In this document: in pieces, positions 37,570 to 50,350 of the stretch
How the letters are laid out: each line of letters begins with the position of its first letter
How positions within the stretch are numbered: the first letter of the stretch is position 1
NCBI RefSeq assembly: GCF_009914755.1
Contig: NC_060932.1
Source of the DNA: the human T2T-CHM13v2.0 reference genome, Homo sapiens
DNA length: 64,000 nt
Reading direction: 5' to 3' (one strand)
The notes under the pieces: generated by a model
What the model was told of the DNA's origin: nothing
The model's database searches: none
The model's input: only the letters and a program-made list of their open reading frames with translations
Position numbers and translations under genes: made by a program

Positions 37570-38265
37570 AGAAGTGTTCTAATCTGGGGTCAAATTCTAA
37601 GTGGTTTTGAAATGAATTTAGTGGATTGTAGATAAGCATTTTAAAAAATGGGATAGAATAGGATAAAAAAAGAATAATAGGAAATAGATCATATTCATAT
37701 AGTAAATGTTAATAAAAAGGTTTTCATTTTCTCCATATAATTGCGTATTTTTACATATGCATGTGATATAATTTTGGCTGTGTCCCCACCCAAATCTCAT
37801 CTTGAGTTGTAATCCCCGTAATCTTCACCTGTCTTAAGAGGGACCCAGTGGGAGGTAATTGAATCATGGGCACAGTTCCTCCATGCTGTTCTTGTGATAG
37901 TGAGTGAGTTTTCACAAGGTCTGATGGTTTTATAAGCACCTGGCATTTCCCCTGCTGGCACTCATTCTCTCTCCTGCCACCTTTGAAGAGGTGCCTTCTG
38001 CCATAATTGTAAGTTTCCATGATTGTAAGTTTCACATTTCCTCTCCAGCCATGCAGAACTGTGAGTCAATTAAGCCTCTTTTCCTTATAAATCACCCAGT
38101 CTCAGGTATTTCTTCATAGCAGCATGAGAATGGGCTAATATAGTGTGTATATGTACATATATGCATATTTATAGGTATTTATATATAGAGAGAGAATTGA
38201 AATTTAATGTACAATTTCTTACTGTGGGTCATAATAAAATATATATATTTTAAAGCTGTTGATGT
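37570..38265. mobile_element. hAT-Charlie (Charlie4-like) element, split by THE1D
   Basis: tttcttactgtgggtcat...tttaaagctgttg terminal region; AT-rich body. Confidence 0.45.
37764..38142 (+). mobile_element. THE1D solo LTR
   Basis: tgatataattttggctgtgtccccacccaaatctcatcttga...gggctaatata. Confidence 0.92.
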
Positions 38266-38683
38266 AGTCTAGCCTCTATTATTTTAGAATTCAGGATTCG
38301 GAAGCTCAAGGACATGACCCAGAAGGTTGGTGGCCAAAGGTAAGTTTAGAATTTAAGTTTCCTAATTCTCACAGGCAGTGGCATAGTATGGTGTACAGAG
38401 CAGGGACTTTGGGTCAGACAAAAGTTGGTTCAGATCTTTGCTCTGTTGTATACTGGTTGTGTAATGATAAAATTCTTATCTTTATTTTATAGGTGAGGGA
38501 ACGGAATCTTGGAGAGATTAAGACTTGTGTTTTAGGCTTTAGAGTGGGGGTTAAATTAGATAATACTATATATAGACAAAACAATTAAGAACTGGCTCAT
38601 TTGATAGTTTTTCAGGCCAGACTTTTTTGGGAAGGAGGAGAATTTTTTTTCCCCTCTCATTCCCAAAGACCACTATTATTGCA

Positions 38684-39085
38684 TGATACAGTTTGGGTCT
38701 GTGTCCCATACAGTTTGGGTCTGTGTCCCACACAAATCTCATGTCAAATTATAGTCCCCAGTATTGGAGGTGGGTTCTAGCGGGAGGTGATTAGATCATG
38801 GGGGTGGATTTCCCCTTCGTTGCCGTTCTCATGACAGTGAGTGAGTTATTGCAAGATCTGGTTTTTTAGAAGCGTGTGCCCACCTACCCCACCTCTGCTT
38901 TCTCCTGTTCCGGCTATGTAAGATGTGCCTGCTTCCCCTTCTGCCATAATTGAAAGTTTCCTGAAGCCTCTCCAGCCATGCTTCCTATACAGCCTGCAGA
39001 AATGTGAGCCAATTAAACCTCTTTTCTTCATAAATTACGCAGTCTCTGGTAGTTCTTTATAGTAGTGAGAGAATGGAGTAATAAA
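38684..39085 (+). mobile_element. MSTA solo LTR with a 22-bp tandem duplication at its 5' end
   Basis: Perfect TSD ttgca/ttgca; atacagtttgggtctgtgtccc x2. Confidence 0.92.
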
Positions 39086-39112
39086 TTGCACTTTTAGATA
39101 TGTCTTATTGAC

Positions 39113-39143
39113 GTGTGTATGTGTGTGTGTGTGTGTGTGTATG
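39113..39143. repeat. (TG)n microsatellite; an (AG)n tract follows at ~39395-39413
   Basis: Seen directly. Confidence 0.9.
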
Positions 39144-39751
39144 TTTGTATGGCATATATAAAATGATTAAACTTTGGCATAAAAATAATAAACATCTGAA
39201 TAATTCTAAATTGAATCCTATGCAACAAATATGTGCTACAACTTCTAGAGATTATAAGGAAACATATCATATAGTAAATCTAGTGGACACAAATGAAACT
39301 CATATCCATAAAAAGGTATTTTGCAAAACCAAGCAGAACTTGACCATTTTATCATAGGAATGGTCCAAAAAATTAAATGTAACAAATCTTAAGCAGAGAG
39401 AGAGAGAGAGAGACACCACTGTGAGATAAAAGAATCATGGGGGGCTGCCAGGAGGACATTTGACTTGGTGATGTTTGGAGAATTGGGAGACTTTAGAAAG
39501 TTATGGGAAGATGATGGCACCATGAGAAGGAGGAAGGGCACAAATCAAGGCACAACAGCGGCAGGTCTAATGTGATCAGACATATTTAGTTTGGGCAATG
39601 TGGAGGGTGCTGATGAAGGGGCAGAAGAGTCGCAGAGTGCCTGAATTGCCAGCTCAGGCTTTGGGATGTCATTCTGCAGGTGTAATGGCCTCATGAGAGG
39701 CTTTGTCTGAATAGTGATATGAGAAGAAAGTATTTAAAGAAAACCAGTTCT

Positions 39752-40261
39752 TTATAATAGGCTTATATTCTTTTGGGTATATTATAAAGCCACATGCATA
39801 TGTATGTTGATTGTAGCACTATACACAATAGCAAAGACATAGAATTAATCTAAATGTTCATCAATGATAGACTAAAGAAAATATGGTATATATACACCAT
39901 GAAATATTATAAAGCCATAAAAAAGAATGAAATCATGTCCTTTGCAGTGACATCGATGGAGCTGGAGCCCATTATCCTTAGGAAACTAACATAAGAAAAG
40001 GAAACCAAATACTGCATGTTCTCACTTATAAGTGGGAGTTAAAGGATGAGAACACATGGACACACAGAAAGGAATAACACAAACTGGGATCTTTCGGAGG
40101 CTGGAGGGTGGGAGGAGAAAGAGAATCAGGGAGGACAACTAATGGGTACTAGGCTTAACACCTGGGTAATGAAATAATCTGTACAACAAACCCTCGTGAC
40201 ACAAGTTTACCTAGGTAACAACGTGCACTTGTACCCCTGAACCTAAAATATAGGTTAAAAT
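39752..40261 (+). mobile_element. L1PA13-16-type 3' end with a short 5' inversion
   Basis: cacaatagcaaagac...gttctcacttataagtgggag...gtacccctgaacctaaaa; TSD aaaaccagttct (39740-39751 / 40262-40273). Confidence 0.9.
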
Positions 40262-40338
40262 AAAACCAGTTCTCAGCCGAGTAGGAGCACATAGTTTATT
40301 GGAGGTGATATGTCTTGCAAAATTTAAATCGTGGTGGA

Positions 40339-40756
40339 TGATATGGTTTGGATCTCTGTGCCCACCCAAATATCATGTTGACATGTAATCCCCAGTGCTG
40401 GAGCTGGGGCCTGGTGGGAGGTAACTGGATCATGGGGATGATTTCTCATGGTTTAACATCATCTCCTCTTGGTGCTGTTGTGGCAACAGTTAGTTCTCAT
40501 GAAATCTGGATGTTTAAAAGTGTGTGGCACCTCTCCACTCTCTTTCTCCCTCCTGCTCTGGCAATGTGAATTGTTGTTCCCCCTTCACCTTCTGCCATGA
40601 TTATAAGTTTCCTGAGGCCTCCCTAGAAGCCAAGCAGATGCCAGCATCACGCTTCCTGTATAGCCCACAGAATCATGAGCCAATTAAGCCTCTTTTCTTT
40701 ATAAATTACCCAGTCTCAGGCTTTTCTTTACAGCAGTGTGAGAATGGACTAATACA
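40339..40756 (+). mobile_element. MSTB-like solo LTR
   Basis: tgatatggtttggatct...gaagccaagcagatgccagc...ggactaataca. Confidence 0.9.
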
Positions 40757-41752
40757 GTAGGTTAATTGCTTTCCAGTCATATATCACTAAAAATGTCATA
40801 TACCACTAAAAAAAGGCAACAGCAGCAAAGACAATAGGTTCAGTTTGAATATTCAAATTTGAGATCAGGCAAGCTAACATTACATCTAATGGATTCTGGG
40901 TAAAACAGATTTGGAGAAATTTCTCCCAAAGCATTAGACAAGAGGCAGATAAGAGATGCTAAGCTTTGGAGATAGTCAAGGAAAGAGGAATATAATCCAA
41001 TCTTGATGGGGCTCAGATAAATGGTCAGGATGGAGAGGTGATCAGTACTTGAATGAAACTGCATGAAAATACTCAAGGAAGTTTGCAGAAATTGTCCCAT
41101 CAGAAATGACTGATGTCTCTTAGAAGCCTAGGAAAATGACTAGTTGGAGTTCAGCATGGGTATTACAGTTGACAGCCTGAGAGGGTAATATAGGAAATAG
41201 ATGATTTGACACTCTCACATTTAACCCAGGAACAAAGACATTGCTGCCTGTAAGATTAACACAAAACCAATAATTACTGTAGTTTTCTCGTTCCTAAGGC
41301 TGCAGTCATTTTTACAATCCCCGTATTCCAGAATCATTCTTCCTCTGTTATATCACTCCAAGTTTCATCTCTTCTGCTTAAGACAGGATTGTTGTTAAAA
41401 AACAAAAGATAAAGGGCATCAATATTCTTTGTACCTCTGGTATACTGTATGTGTGCAAAACAATCACCTTATTTCATGATTTTTGTTGTTATTATTAGTA
41501 TTTTGTTATTATTTTACTATTTTTATGTTCTTTCTGGAAATAGCATTATATATTGTCAGAGGTAACTGATGCCCAGTAAAGGAAAGCAATGATAAAAATG
41601 TTATTAGCTTCTCTGAATAAGAAACACATCCTGTTGATCCTGCTTGCATTTAATTAGCCAGGCTTCAAATTCTTTAATTCCATACATCACAGTTGAATAT
41701 CTGAATAACCTCGTAATATAATAGCTAATAGAGAATTTAAAGACTATTAACA

Positions 41753-41865
41753 ATTTTTCCTTTTTCTCTTTTTTCTTCCTCTTCTCTTCCTCCTCCCTTC
41801 TTTTTCTCTCTCCTCTTCCTCCCTTATTTTTCTCTCTCTTCCTCCTCTTCCTCTTATTCTCCTTG
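41753..41865. repeat. CT-rich polypyrimidine low-complexity tract
   Basis: ~110 nt, almost entirely pyrimidine. Confidence 0.85.
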
Positions 41866-42129
41866 ACACAGACTCACAGTGCCTTCAACATTTACCCAAA
41901 TAGTGTGTTTTTGACTTTCCCTTATTATGGCTGTCACTTGCTTTTTATGTCTTTTTTGTGTTTATTTTTTCTTATATTAGGACAACTGGAAGTGAACCCA
42001 ATGCTCCATCTATGGTTTGACTTTAGAGAGTCACAAGAGGCTGATTATGAGATTTGTCCAGGATATAATTTCTACTGTTGCAGTTAAATATGTCAGATTT
42101 GTGATATCAAAATAATAACACAAATTATA

Positions 42130-42798
42130 TCAGACCCAAGTTATGTACCTCTCCAGTTTTGCTTGGTTCCACCTGCCTTCAGGTTTCTCTGCCACTTGCT
42201 CTGTAGAGTCTTGATGCAGCTGACACCTCTCATGACTTCTCCAGCCATCCCTCCCTCCCCTCTCTTAGGCTGCTCTCTAGCACTGCCCTTGTTGTTTCCC
42301 CTGTGGCAGAAGTCTCAGCTCCTCAAATACTCAGACTCAACCCATCTACAGCAAGAGAAGCTCTGGTTCAACTCATGGCTTTAGGACCCAGATGAAGTAC
42401 CCTGGGGCATGAGATCTGGCTTCTCCAGTGGACACTTGAAGGGCCAGGTGATACAGATAGATGTGTGAGAACATTAATGCCCCCCCAGGACAAAATTTGA
42501 CCAATGACAGACGAAAGAAGAGAGCCAGTATATTTCTTTGTCCTTCCTTCTTCTGATGAGATGTTTTAATGTGTTTAATCAGTTCAAAGTGCATGGAGAC
42601 ATTCTGCATGAAGGAACAATCAGCTAAGTTTTCTTGTGCAGATATGGGTGACATTATTACTTACAGGCTTTTATTTGCTTTTCTCCTTCCCCGCCTCATG
42701 TCCCTATCTCCAATCTTGCTGCCCTAGTATTTCTATGAAAGCAAAGCATCTAAGCTTTGTCTTGGGCTTTGTCTTCTAGGAAGCTTGGGCTAAGCCAC
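42130..42798 (+). mobile_element. Old ERVL-type LTR (family uncertain)
   Basis: 3' end taagctttgtcttgggctttgtcttctaggaagcttgggctaagcca is typical of ERVL LTRs. The left boundary is approximate. Confidence 0.5.
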
Positions 42799-43254
42799 AT
42801 ACTGAGTCTGTAATCATTTATGCGACAAACACTTAACTAAGTGCTTTTCATGAAGTCTAGATAATGTGTCAAAAAGCTGTGGCACTTACTTGGAAACTTG
42901 CTTACAGTCTAGTAGCAGGAATAAATTATTCATCTTTTACATAGAAAATTTTGTTAAATCACAGCTTTGCTAAATGATATCGGTAGAGATGATTTTTAAT
43001 AGAGATTAATGAAAATTTGGCACTAGGATTTAAATAACCCTTAATCATAGTAGTTTCTCATGTAATTTAACATACTGAAAAGCATTGGGTTTATGGTCAT
43101 CTATAAAGTTCCATTTAATGAATGTCTTATAATTAATTAACCATACTCTTAAGTTTGGACATGTTGTTTTACTTCTTTTCATCCTCTCACCTGTTCTTCT
43201 TTCTTCCTGCTTTTCTCTCTCCCACACCCTTCTCCTTCTCTTCTTTCTCTTTGC

Positions 43255-43770
43255 TTGCATGTATGATGCTGGAGGTGGGCATTTTGACATGTAAATCTTG
43301 GCCTGGTTTTATAGATCTTTAGGAAAGATTCCTAGAAGTGAAAAAATGTGTCAAAGGATTAGAGTGCTGTGCCAAATGTATACTGACCGGGATTGTTAAA
43401 TTTCTCTATCATAAGTTCATCAAATCTATCTTTACTAAAATGAAACATCATAAGTTCCTAATTATTGATATTTTAATGGGAGAATATAGGATATTACTAT
43501 TTTTACTATTTAATTGGTATAGTTCAACATATTTCCTGAACAGCTTAGTATATAATCTTTTTTCTTTTATGAATTATGTATTTATATCTATTGGAGTTTT
43601 AGTATTTTTCTTATTAGCTTGTGGGAAAACTTTACATATTATGAATATTGTCTCTTTTCCTGTGCATTTCTTACAAATATGTTTCTTAGCTTAGTGTTAT
43701 TTGATGGTACTTAGCCTTGCTGAACTTCAGTTTTTTAATTCATGATTTTACTTTACAAATATGGCAGTCC
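43255..43770 (-). mobile_element. L1ME-like fragment
   Basis: taggaaagattcctagaagtgaaa...ttttcttttatgaattatgtattta...tttacatattatgaatatt. Confidence 0.55.
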
Positions 43771-44458
43771 TTTTTGCATCCTGTTTCTCAATACTTTATT
43801 ATTTGATTTTCAACTTTGCCTTACTTTGCAAATTAGACAAAAGATACCTTTTCAAAAGACTTTTTAAAAAATGCAAAACAAGAAACATAGACCCCAATAA
43901 GGCAAAAGTCAGAGTCTTGGTATTTGAGGTTCTACTGCTAGTCAATTCAAAGTTTGCTAATAAATGTAACTTAGTGATTTATCTTTCATGAATGTCTTTC
44001 TCTTCTTTTTTTTTTTTCACAAAAACACTTGGAGAGACTTCTTGTCTCCAGATCTCGGCAAGATGTTTGATGGTGTCCACACACAGCATTCCTCTCACTG
44101 GCTCCATCACAGCCACACAAAAGGGAATGACCGGACTTGGATAGAAGTTTCTGAAAAAGTGTAATAATTATTGAAAAGCAGTATAGGGTCCCTCTGTTCC
44201 CACACTTGTTCATTAATACATCTCCCATTATTTCTGGAAATGACATTATAAAGTAATATTTTTAGATTCTATATTTGTATATTAAGATTTGGGACAAAAT
44301 TTGTCTGAATAAGTATGCAACTTTGGAGAGATGCCAGAGTTCACTGTCAACAAGGTTAACCAAAAATGTTCCTGTGACCTCATCTAAACCTAGGAGTTTC
44401 CTCTGGGATTGGAGATCAGTTTACATTATGTTATGAGGCTTTATTCTAGCTAGGGGTA

Positions 44459-44816
44459 TGTATTAGCCCATTTTCACGCTGCCGATAAAGACATACCCAA
44501 GACTAGGTAATTTATAAGGAAAAAGAGGTTTAATGGACTCACAGTTCCATGTGGCTGGGGAGGCCTCACAATCATGGTGGGAGTCGAAAGGCACATCTTA
44601 CATGGTGGTAGACGAGAGAGAATGAGAAGCAAAATGGGAAACCCCTTATAAAACCATGAGATCTTGTGAGACTTATTCACTACCACGAGAACAGTATGGG
44701 GGAAACTGCACCCGTGATTCAATTATCTCCCATCAGGTCCCTCTCACAAGACATGGGAATTCTGGGAGCTACAATTCAAGATGAGCTTTGGGTGGGGACA
44801 CAGCCAAACCATATCA
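44459..44816 (-). mobile_element. THE1C-like solo LTR
   Basis: tgtattagcccattttcacgctgccgataaagacataccca...ggacacagccaaaccatatca. Confidence 0.92.
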
Positions 44817-45819
44817 GGCTGTAATTCCTTCTCAGTCTTGTTTTCTGTTCCCATACTTTATGTATTTTTAAAAACTAACCTTGATAGAGAAAAATGAAAC
44901 CAATGAGGAATAGTTCTGTCTTCTCTCTGCCATTCTTAGGGTGTATAATATTGTGTGGAATGCACCAGTAATTATGATTTCTGTTGTTCTAGTTATATGG
45001 TTTCTTCTTCATTCTTGTCCTCTCTTTAGGCCCATAAGAATAAAATCAACCAGCATGAAATCAGTATTCACATGTGGGAGTGAATGTGGGCTGGAGCTGC
45101 CTGAGGTTTATGGGCTGACCATCATTGGTACTGAGCACACACATAGAACTCTGCTTCTGTAACTCACTCTTGACTCTGACGAAGGCCTCTTTCAGACCCT
45201 GCAATCAATCACCTGGCACTGTGAGCTGTGGACTAACATTTCCATCCTGCAGGGAAGGGCCAGGACCACCAGACCTGTGTTCGTTTATGCAACATAAATC
45301 TGATTATATCTGATGTCTATCAATAAATTAGTTTCACCTTGTTTCTCAGTTTCTTCTATCAGGAAGGGAAAGGGACTACCAAAACTGTATGATTGTGCTT
45401 CTGTCTAGGCATCCTTTTTTTTTCCTTCCCAGAGAAGATCCCTGGAAAAGTACCTTTACTTTGCTTGGGGCACGGTTTCCTTGAATGTCACCACAAGTCT
45501 GACTGAAGAAGACAAAAGAGTCTGGTTTGGATGAGAATGTCTCCTGTGCTATTTAACTTTTAGGCCAATAAATGTCCCTGGATCCCAGCTGTGGAGATGG
45601 ATAACACATACGTTTAGCTTTAACCTGCAAGCTGTTGGGGGCAAAGAGCACAGGAAATTCAATTCCAAGCTTCAGTTGTTGCTGATCAGACTTGACATGT
45701 ATGCCTGGACAATAAGATTTGTGACCTAAGCAGAATAAATGTAAGCCTAATCCCAATTAGCATGTATAAACAGTTGTGCTCCAAGCACTGGGGCTCAACT
45801 TTGTACTCCCTAAATACAG

Positions 45820-46060
45820 GGAAGAGACTGGAGCCTAGGAGATGTTCTAGTTCCATCCTCCCTCTAGGCGTGTTACTCAACCTTGCTAAACTTCAGTTTT
45901 ATTACCTACAAACTGAAGATAAAAGTAGTATCTGTCTCATGACTTTGTTGAGAGTATTAAATGAGAACATAGCATGCAATGTATCAGCACAGGGCCTGGT
46001 ACATAGTTTTTAATAATAGAATAATAATAGTAATAATAACATATTAACAATTAATAATAA
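45820..46060 (+). mobile_element. MIR
   Basis: gttactcaaccttgctaaacttcagttttattacctacaaactgaagataa...cagcacagggcctggtacatag. Confidence 0.75.
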
Positions 46061-46789
46061 ATATGCAATGATATCTTTTATCTATATCCCTGGATACCAA
46101 TAATAAGAATATCAATAATAAACATTTTTATCATTATCATCATTATCAAGGGCCAAGAAGTGAGACAAAATGTATCATTACACACACACACAACTGTTTT
46201 TCCAAAGACCTAAAAGAAAGTCACAGACGTGAAGTCTTTCTGACTCTCACAGAGATATTTTTTTCTCTTTCTTTTTCTCAAAACAAAGGCAGTTTGTTTA
46301 ATCTTTTCTTTGTATGATAACATTAAATTTATTTTTCCCTCATGTATGCACCTAAACTAGATTATAAGCCACTCTAGGACAGAGGGTGCCAATTAGATGG
46401 TTATGCATGAGGGTAGGTATGGACAGACACAAACAAGTTAGAAGTCAGGGTGGGTACCACCATTGCCATTTTGAAAAGGAGCTCAGGAACTTCCTAGGGG
46501 ATGAGACCATTTGAAGAATGAAAGAACTTTTTTTTAATGTCCGGAAATAAATCCTAAAGTCTTCACTTAAAACTCGCATTTCTCGGTCCTTTCCCTCAAC
46601 ATTCTCTCCTGTAGCAGTGACACAGCCAGACCATCATTTATTCTGATGGAGGAAGAAGCCATAGATTTTTTTCCACATTTATGGACCTGTGTGTATTAGG
46701 GGTTAATTGAAGGTTATAAATCTTCCAACTGAGTCTCAATTTAATGTAAAATCTATAGTCACTTGTGAACAATCAATAATGGAAATATT

Positions 46790-48500
46790 AGCTAGTAATA
46801 GTAGTGATCATAGTAATGAAAATGTAACGAGTGGTAATATATAACTTCCTAAATCTTTTACATGCTAAAAAACATTGTATACAACACTTTCCATTTTTTA
46901 GCACATTTAAATTTTACAATAAGCCTATGGTACAGGTAATTATTTCACTATATATGAAAACAGATTCAGAGGTTAGGTAAATACCCAAGGTCTTTTTCAT
47001 TCTTAGAAAATATTTATGGAGTACCTACCATGTGCCCTAGAAATTGGGGACATAGCAGTCAATATAGCAGTGAAAAATCTCTGCCTCTTGGAGCTTACAT
47101 TATAGCAGGAGAGGCAAAGGATAAACAAAATAAATAAAACATATAATAGATGCAATATGTGCTAAGGAGAAAAATAATGCAGGCAGGAGAGTTCGGAAGT
47201 GTCAGAGGGAGGTTGCAGTTTTGGATGAGTGGCCAGGGAGGGCCTAAGAAAATGACATTTGAGTAGAGACCTAAAGAAACTGAGGGAGCCACCCATGCAT
47301 GCATTTGGTGGAAGAGCATTTCAGGAAGTGGATAAAGTAAATGCAAAGTCCCTATATTAGGAATATTCCAGGAGTGTTTGAAGAACATACAAGAAGCCAA
47401 TGTGACAGGACTGAGCAGATGAAATCAGAGATGTTACCGAGGGCTAGATTATGTAGTAAGACAGGATGCCTTTGAGAATTCGAGTGGGGGAATGAGACAA
47501 ACTTTTCTATATAATTTTAATTTTTAAAAAAAGTTGGGTTAATTTTAAAGTTAGGGAAAAGTTGCAAAGATAGCACAATGTTCCCATAATTTGCTTAGTT
47601 TCCCCTAATGTTGACATCTTATATGACCATGATACATTTGCCAAAACCAAGATATTAACATTGTTACGTTACTGTAACCCAAATTGCAAACTTTATCTGG
47701 ACTTCACCCATGTTTCCACGGTTTATCTGTTCGAAGATAACATGCTGCGTGTATTTATCGTGTCTCCTTAGTCTTTTTGGGTCTTTCTTCAATATTTTCT
47801 TTTACTTCAAGACTGAGATTTTTGAAGAGTACTGGTTATGATGTAGAATATACCTCAATTTGGGTTTGTCTAATGTTTTCTCATGATTAGTCTGGGTTTA
47901 TGATTTTGGAGAAGAATGTCACAGAGGTAAGCTGCTCTTTTCATCACAACATATCACAAGATACATAATATCCAGACGATGTGTCACTGGTTATGTGAAC
48001 CTTGATCATTTGGTTACGGTGGTATTTGCCTGATTTCTCTACTGTAAGGTTACTATTTGTCTCTTTACCTTCTCTATTCTTTGGATTTGGGTCACTAAAT
48101 CTAGCCCACACTTAAAGGGAAGTGAATTAATTTATACCTCCCTGACCTACTTTTTAACAGATTGTTCTGGCTGTGGTGCTGAGAAAAGTCTAGGAAACCA
48201 TTGCACAAATCTAGCAAGAGATTGTGGTGGCTTTGATTGGGGTAGCACAGTGGAGGCAGGGGGACATAGTTGGGTTCTGGATATATGTAAAAATACAACC
48301 TAATAGGATTTACTGACAGATCGGTTGTGGGATGCAAAGAGGCGTCAAGGATGATTCTAAATCCCTGGAAATATGGAGGTATTTGCTGAAATGAGGAGCA
48401 GTGCAAGATGAGGTCACATTGCTAGTAAGTGTGGGGTAGTGAGAGTGTAAACCTGGTTTACCTGATCCCACAGCCCAAACTCTCAGCTCCTGTGCTCCTC
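46790..48500 (-). mobile_element. Nested old repeats: MIR (46790-46992 + 48411-48500) containing L2 (46995-48410) containing L1MB/MC 3' UTR (~47510-48135)
   Basis: MIR breaks at acccaaggtc and resumes aggtcacattgctagtaag; L2 tatttatggagtacctaccatgtgcc...cctcttggagcttacatt; L1 aaaagttgcaaagatagcaca...gaagagtactggt. Confidence 0.7.
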
Positions 48501-49344
48501 CATTTATGTGATTCACTCACATCATCTGGGGAGTATGTTCTGGCAGAAAGCATAACAAAAGTTCAAAGTATGCTTACTTTGAGTTTATTCCTCCCCATTT
48601 TGTAGCTGATCTTCGCCAGCAAGACCTTTCTCCAGGTGTTTGGCCAGGGTGTGTTTACTCTTGCTCAGCAGGTACATGACAGCTTTCCAGTAACAATACC
48701 TAGGATGGGGAACATTTGGGGACAGCCATCTCCTATTATGATCATCATGGACTTTTATTGGATTCCTTTATTATCTTGCTGCAAATGCTGGCCTTTTCCC
48801 TGCATTAAACAGGGAAACATTTTATTATCATTGACAAAATTATCCAATAACACATGCCCTAAAGCAGTCCAAATTAGTCAAGGTTAAGGGATGTTCTGTG
48901 ATTTTCAGCACTAAAAACTGGTGTTGTTTTAGAGATGTTTGGCCACATTGGATGAGCTCATTTTACAGGCTAAAGGAAAATGATGTGGAGACAGATGTTC
49001 ATTTATACATCTTACAACCCCTCTTCTTTTTCATTTAGTTTTTGTCAATTTCAGTGGGAGCTCTGCTGTAAGATGTTGGCTCCCCTGCACTTGGTTACAG
49101 GCATGTGTATTTGAGATACTTTCAGCTAACCGTGGGCGTGTGCTGGTGGTTATATAGCTGCTAAAATATTTTCTCATAATATTTAGAATAACATCTAACC
49201 TCCTCATTATGGTAAGCAAAGTCCTGCAAGATCTACTGCCTACTTCTCCATTCTCACAATATTTCAGCCAGAGAAGCCTACTTTTTGCCCTAAAACTGTC
49301 AATCTTCCCTACCTCAGTGCCTTTGCACTTTCTTTTTCCTTCCA

Positions 49345-50350
49345 ACTTAGTTTAGGTTCGGGGGTACATGTGTGGGTTTTTACATGTGTAAATCGTGTGC
49401 AATGGGGGATTGGCATACAGATTATTTCATCATACAGCTAATGAGCATAGTACCAGATACGTAGTTTTTTGATCCTCAATCCTCACCTTCCCACACTGCT
49501 TCCTCATGTAGGCCCTGGTGTCTATTTTTCCCTTCTAAGTGTCCATGTGTACTCAATGTTTAGCTCCTACTGATAAGTGAGAACAGGTGGTATTTGGTTT
49601 TCTGTTCCTGTGTTAGTTTGCTTTGGGTAATGGCTCCATCCGTGTTCCTGCAAAGGACATGATCTCATTCTTTTCTTTTTTTTTTTTTTTTTGAGACACA
49701 GTCTCGCTCTGTCACCAGGCTGGAGTGCAGTGGTGTGATCTTGGCTAACTGCAATCTCTGCTTCCTGGGTTCAAGAAATTATCCTGCCTCAGCCTCCCAA
49801 GTAGCTGAGACTACAGGTGCATGCCACCATGCCCAGCTAATTTTTGTATTTTTACTAGAGATGGGGTTTCACCATGTTGGCCAGGATGGTCTTGATCTCT
49901 TGACCTCGTTATCTGCCTGCCTCAGCCTCCCAAAGTGCTGGGATTACAGGCATTAGCCACCGCGCCTGGCTGATCTCATTCTTTTTTATGGCTGCATAGT
50001 ATTCCATGGTACATATGTACTACATCTTCTTTATCCAGTCCACCATCAATGGGCATTTACATTGATTCTATGCTTTTACTATTGTGAATAGTGCTGTGCT
50101 GAGCATACTCATGCATGTGTCTTTGTGGTAGAACAATTTATATTCCTTTGGGTATATACCCAGTAATGGGATTGCTGGGTCAAACGGAAGTTCTCTTTTA
50201 AGTTCTTTGAGAAATCTCCAAACTGCTTTCTACAGCAGCTGAACTAATTTACATTTCCACCAGCAATGTGTAAGTATTCCCTTTTCTCTGCAACCTTGCC
50301 AGCATCTGTTATTTTTTGACTTTTTAATAATAGCTGTTCTGACTGGTATC
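49345..50350 (-). mobile_element. L1PA13-16-type 3' end
   Basis: ggttcgggggtacatgtg...taagtgagaacaggtggtatttgg...gggtatatacccagtaatgggattgctgggtc. Confidence 0.9.
49675..49970 (-). mobile_element. AluSc inside L1
   Basis: ctgtcaccaggctgg and caggatggtcttgatctcttgacctcgt diagnostics; TSD tgatctcattctttt. Confidence 0.92.

Noticed and set aside
41753-41865. H-DNA/triplex at the CT-rich tract
   Set aside because: No long exact mirror symmetry seen; a common low-complexity tract.
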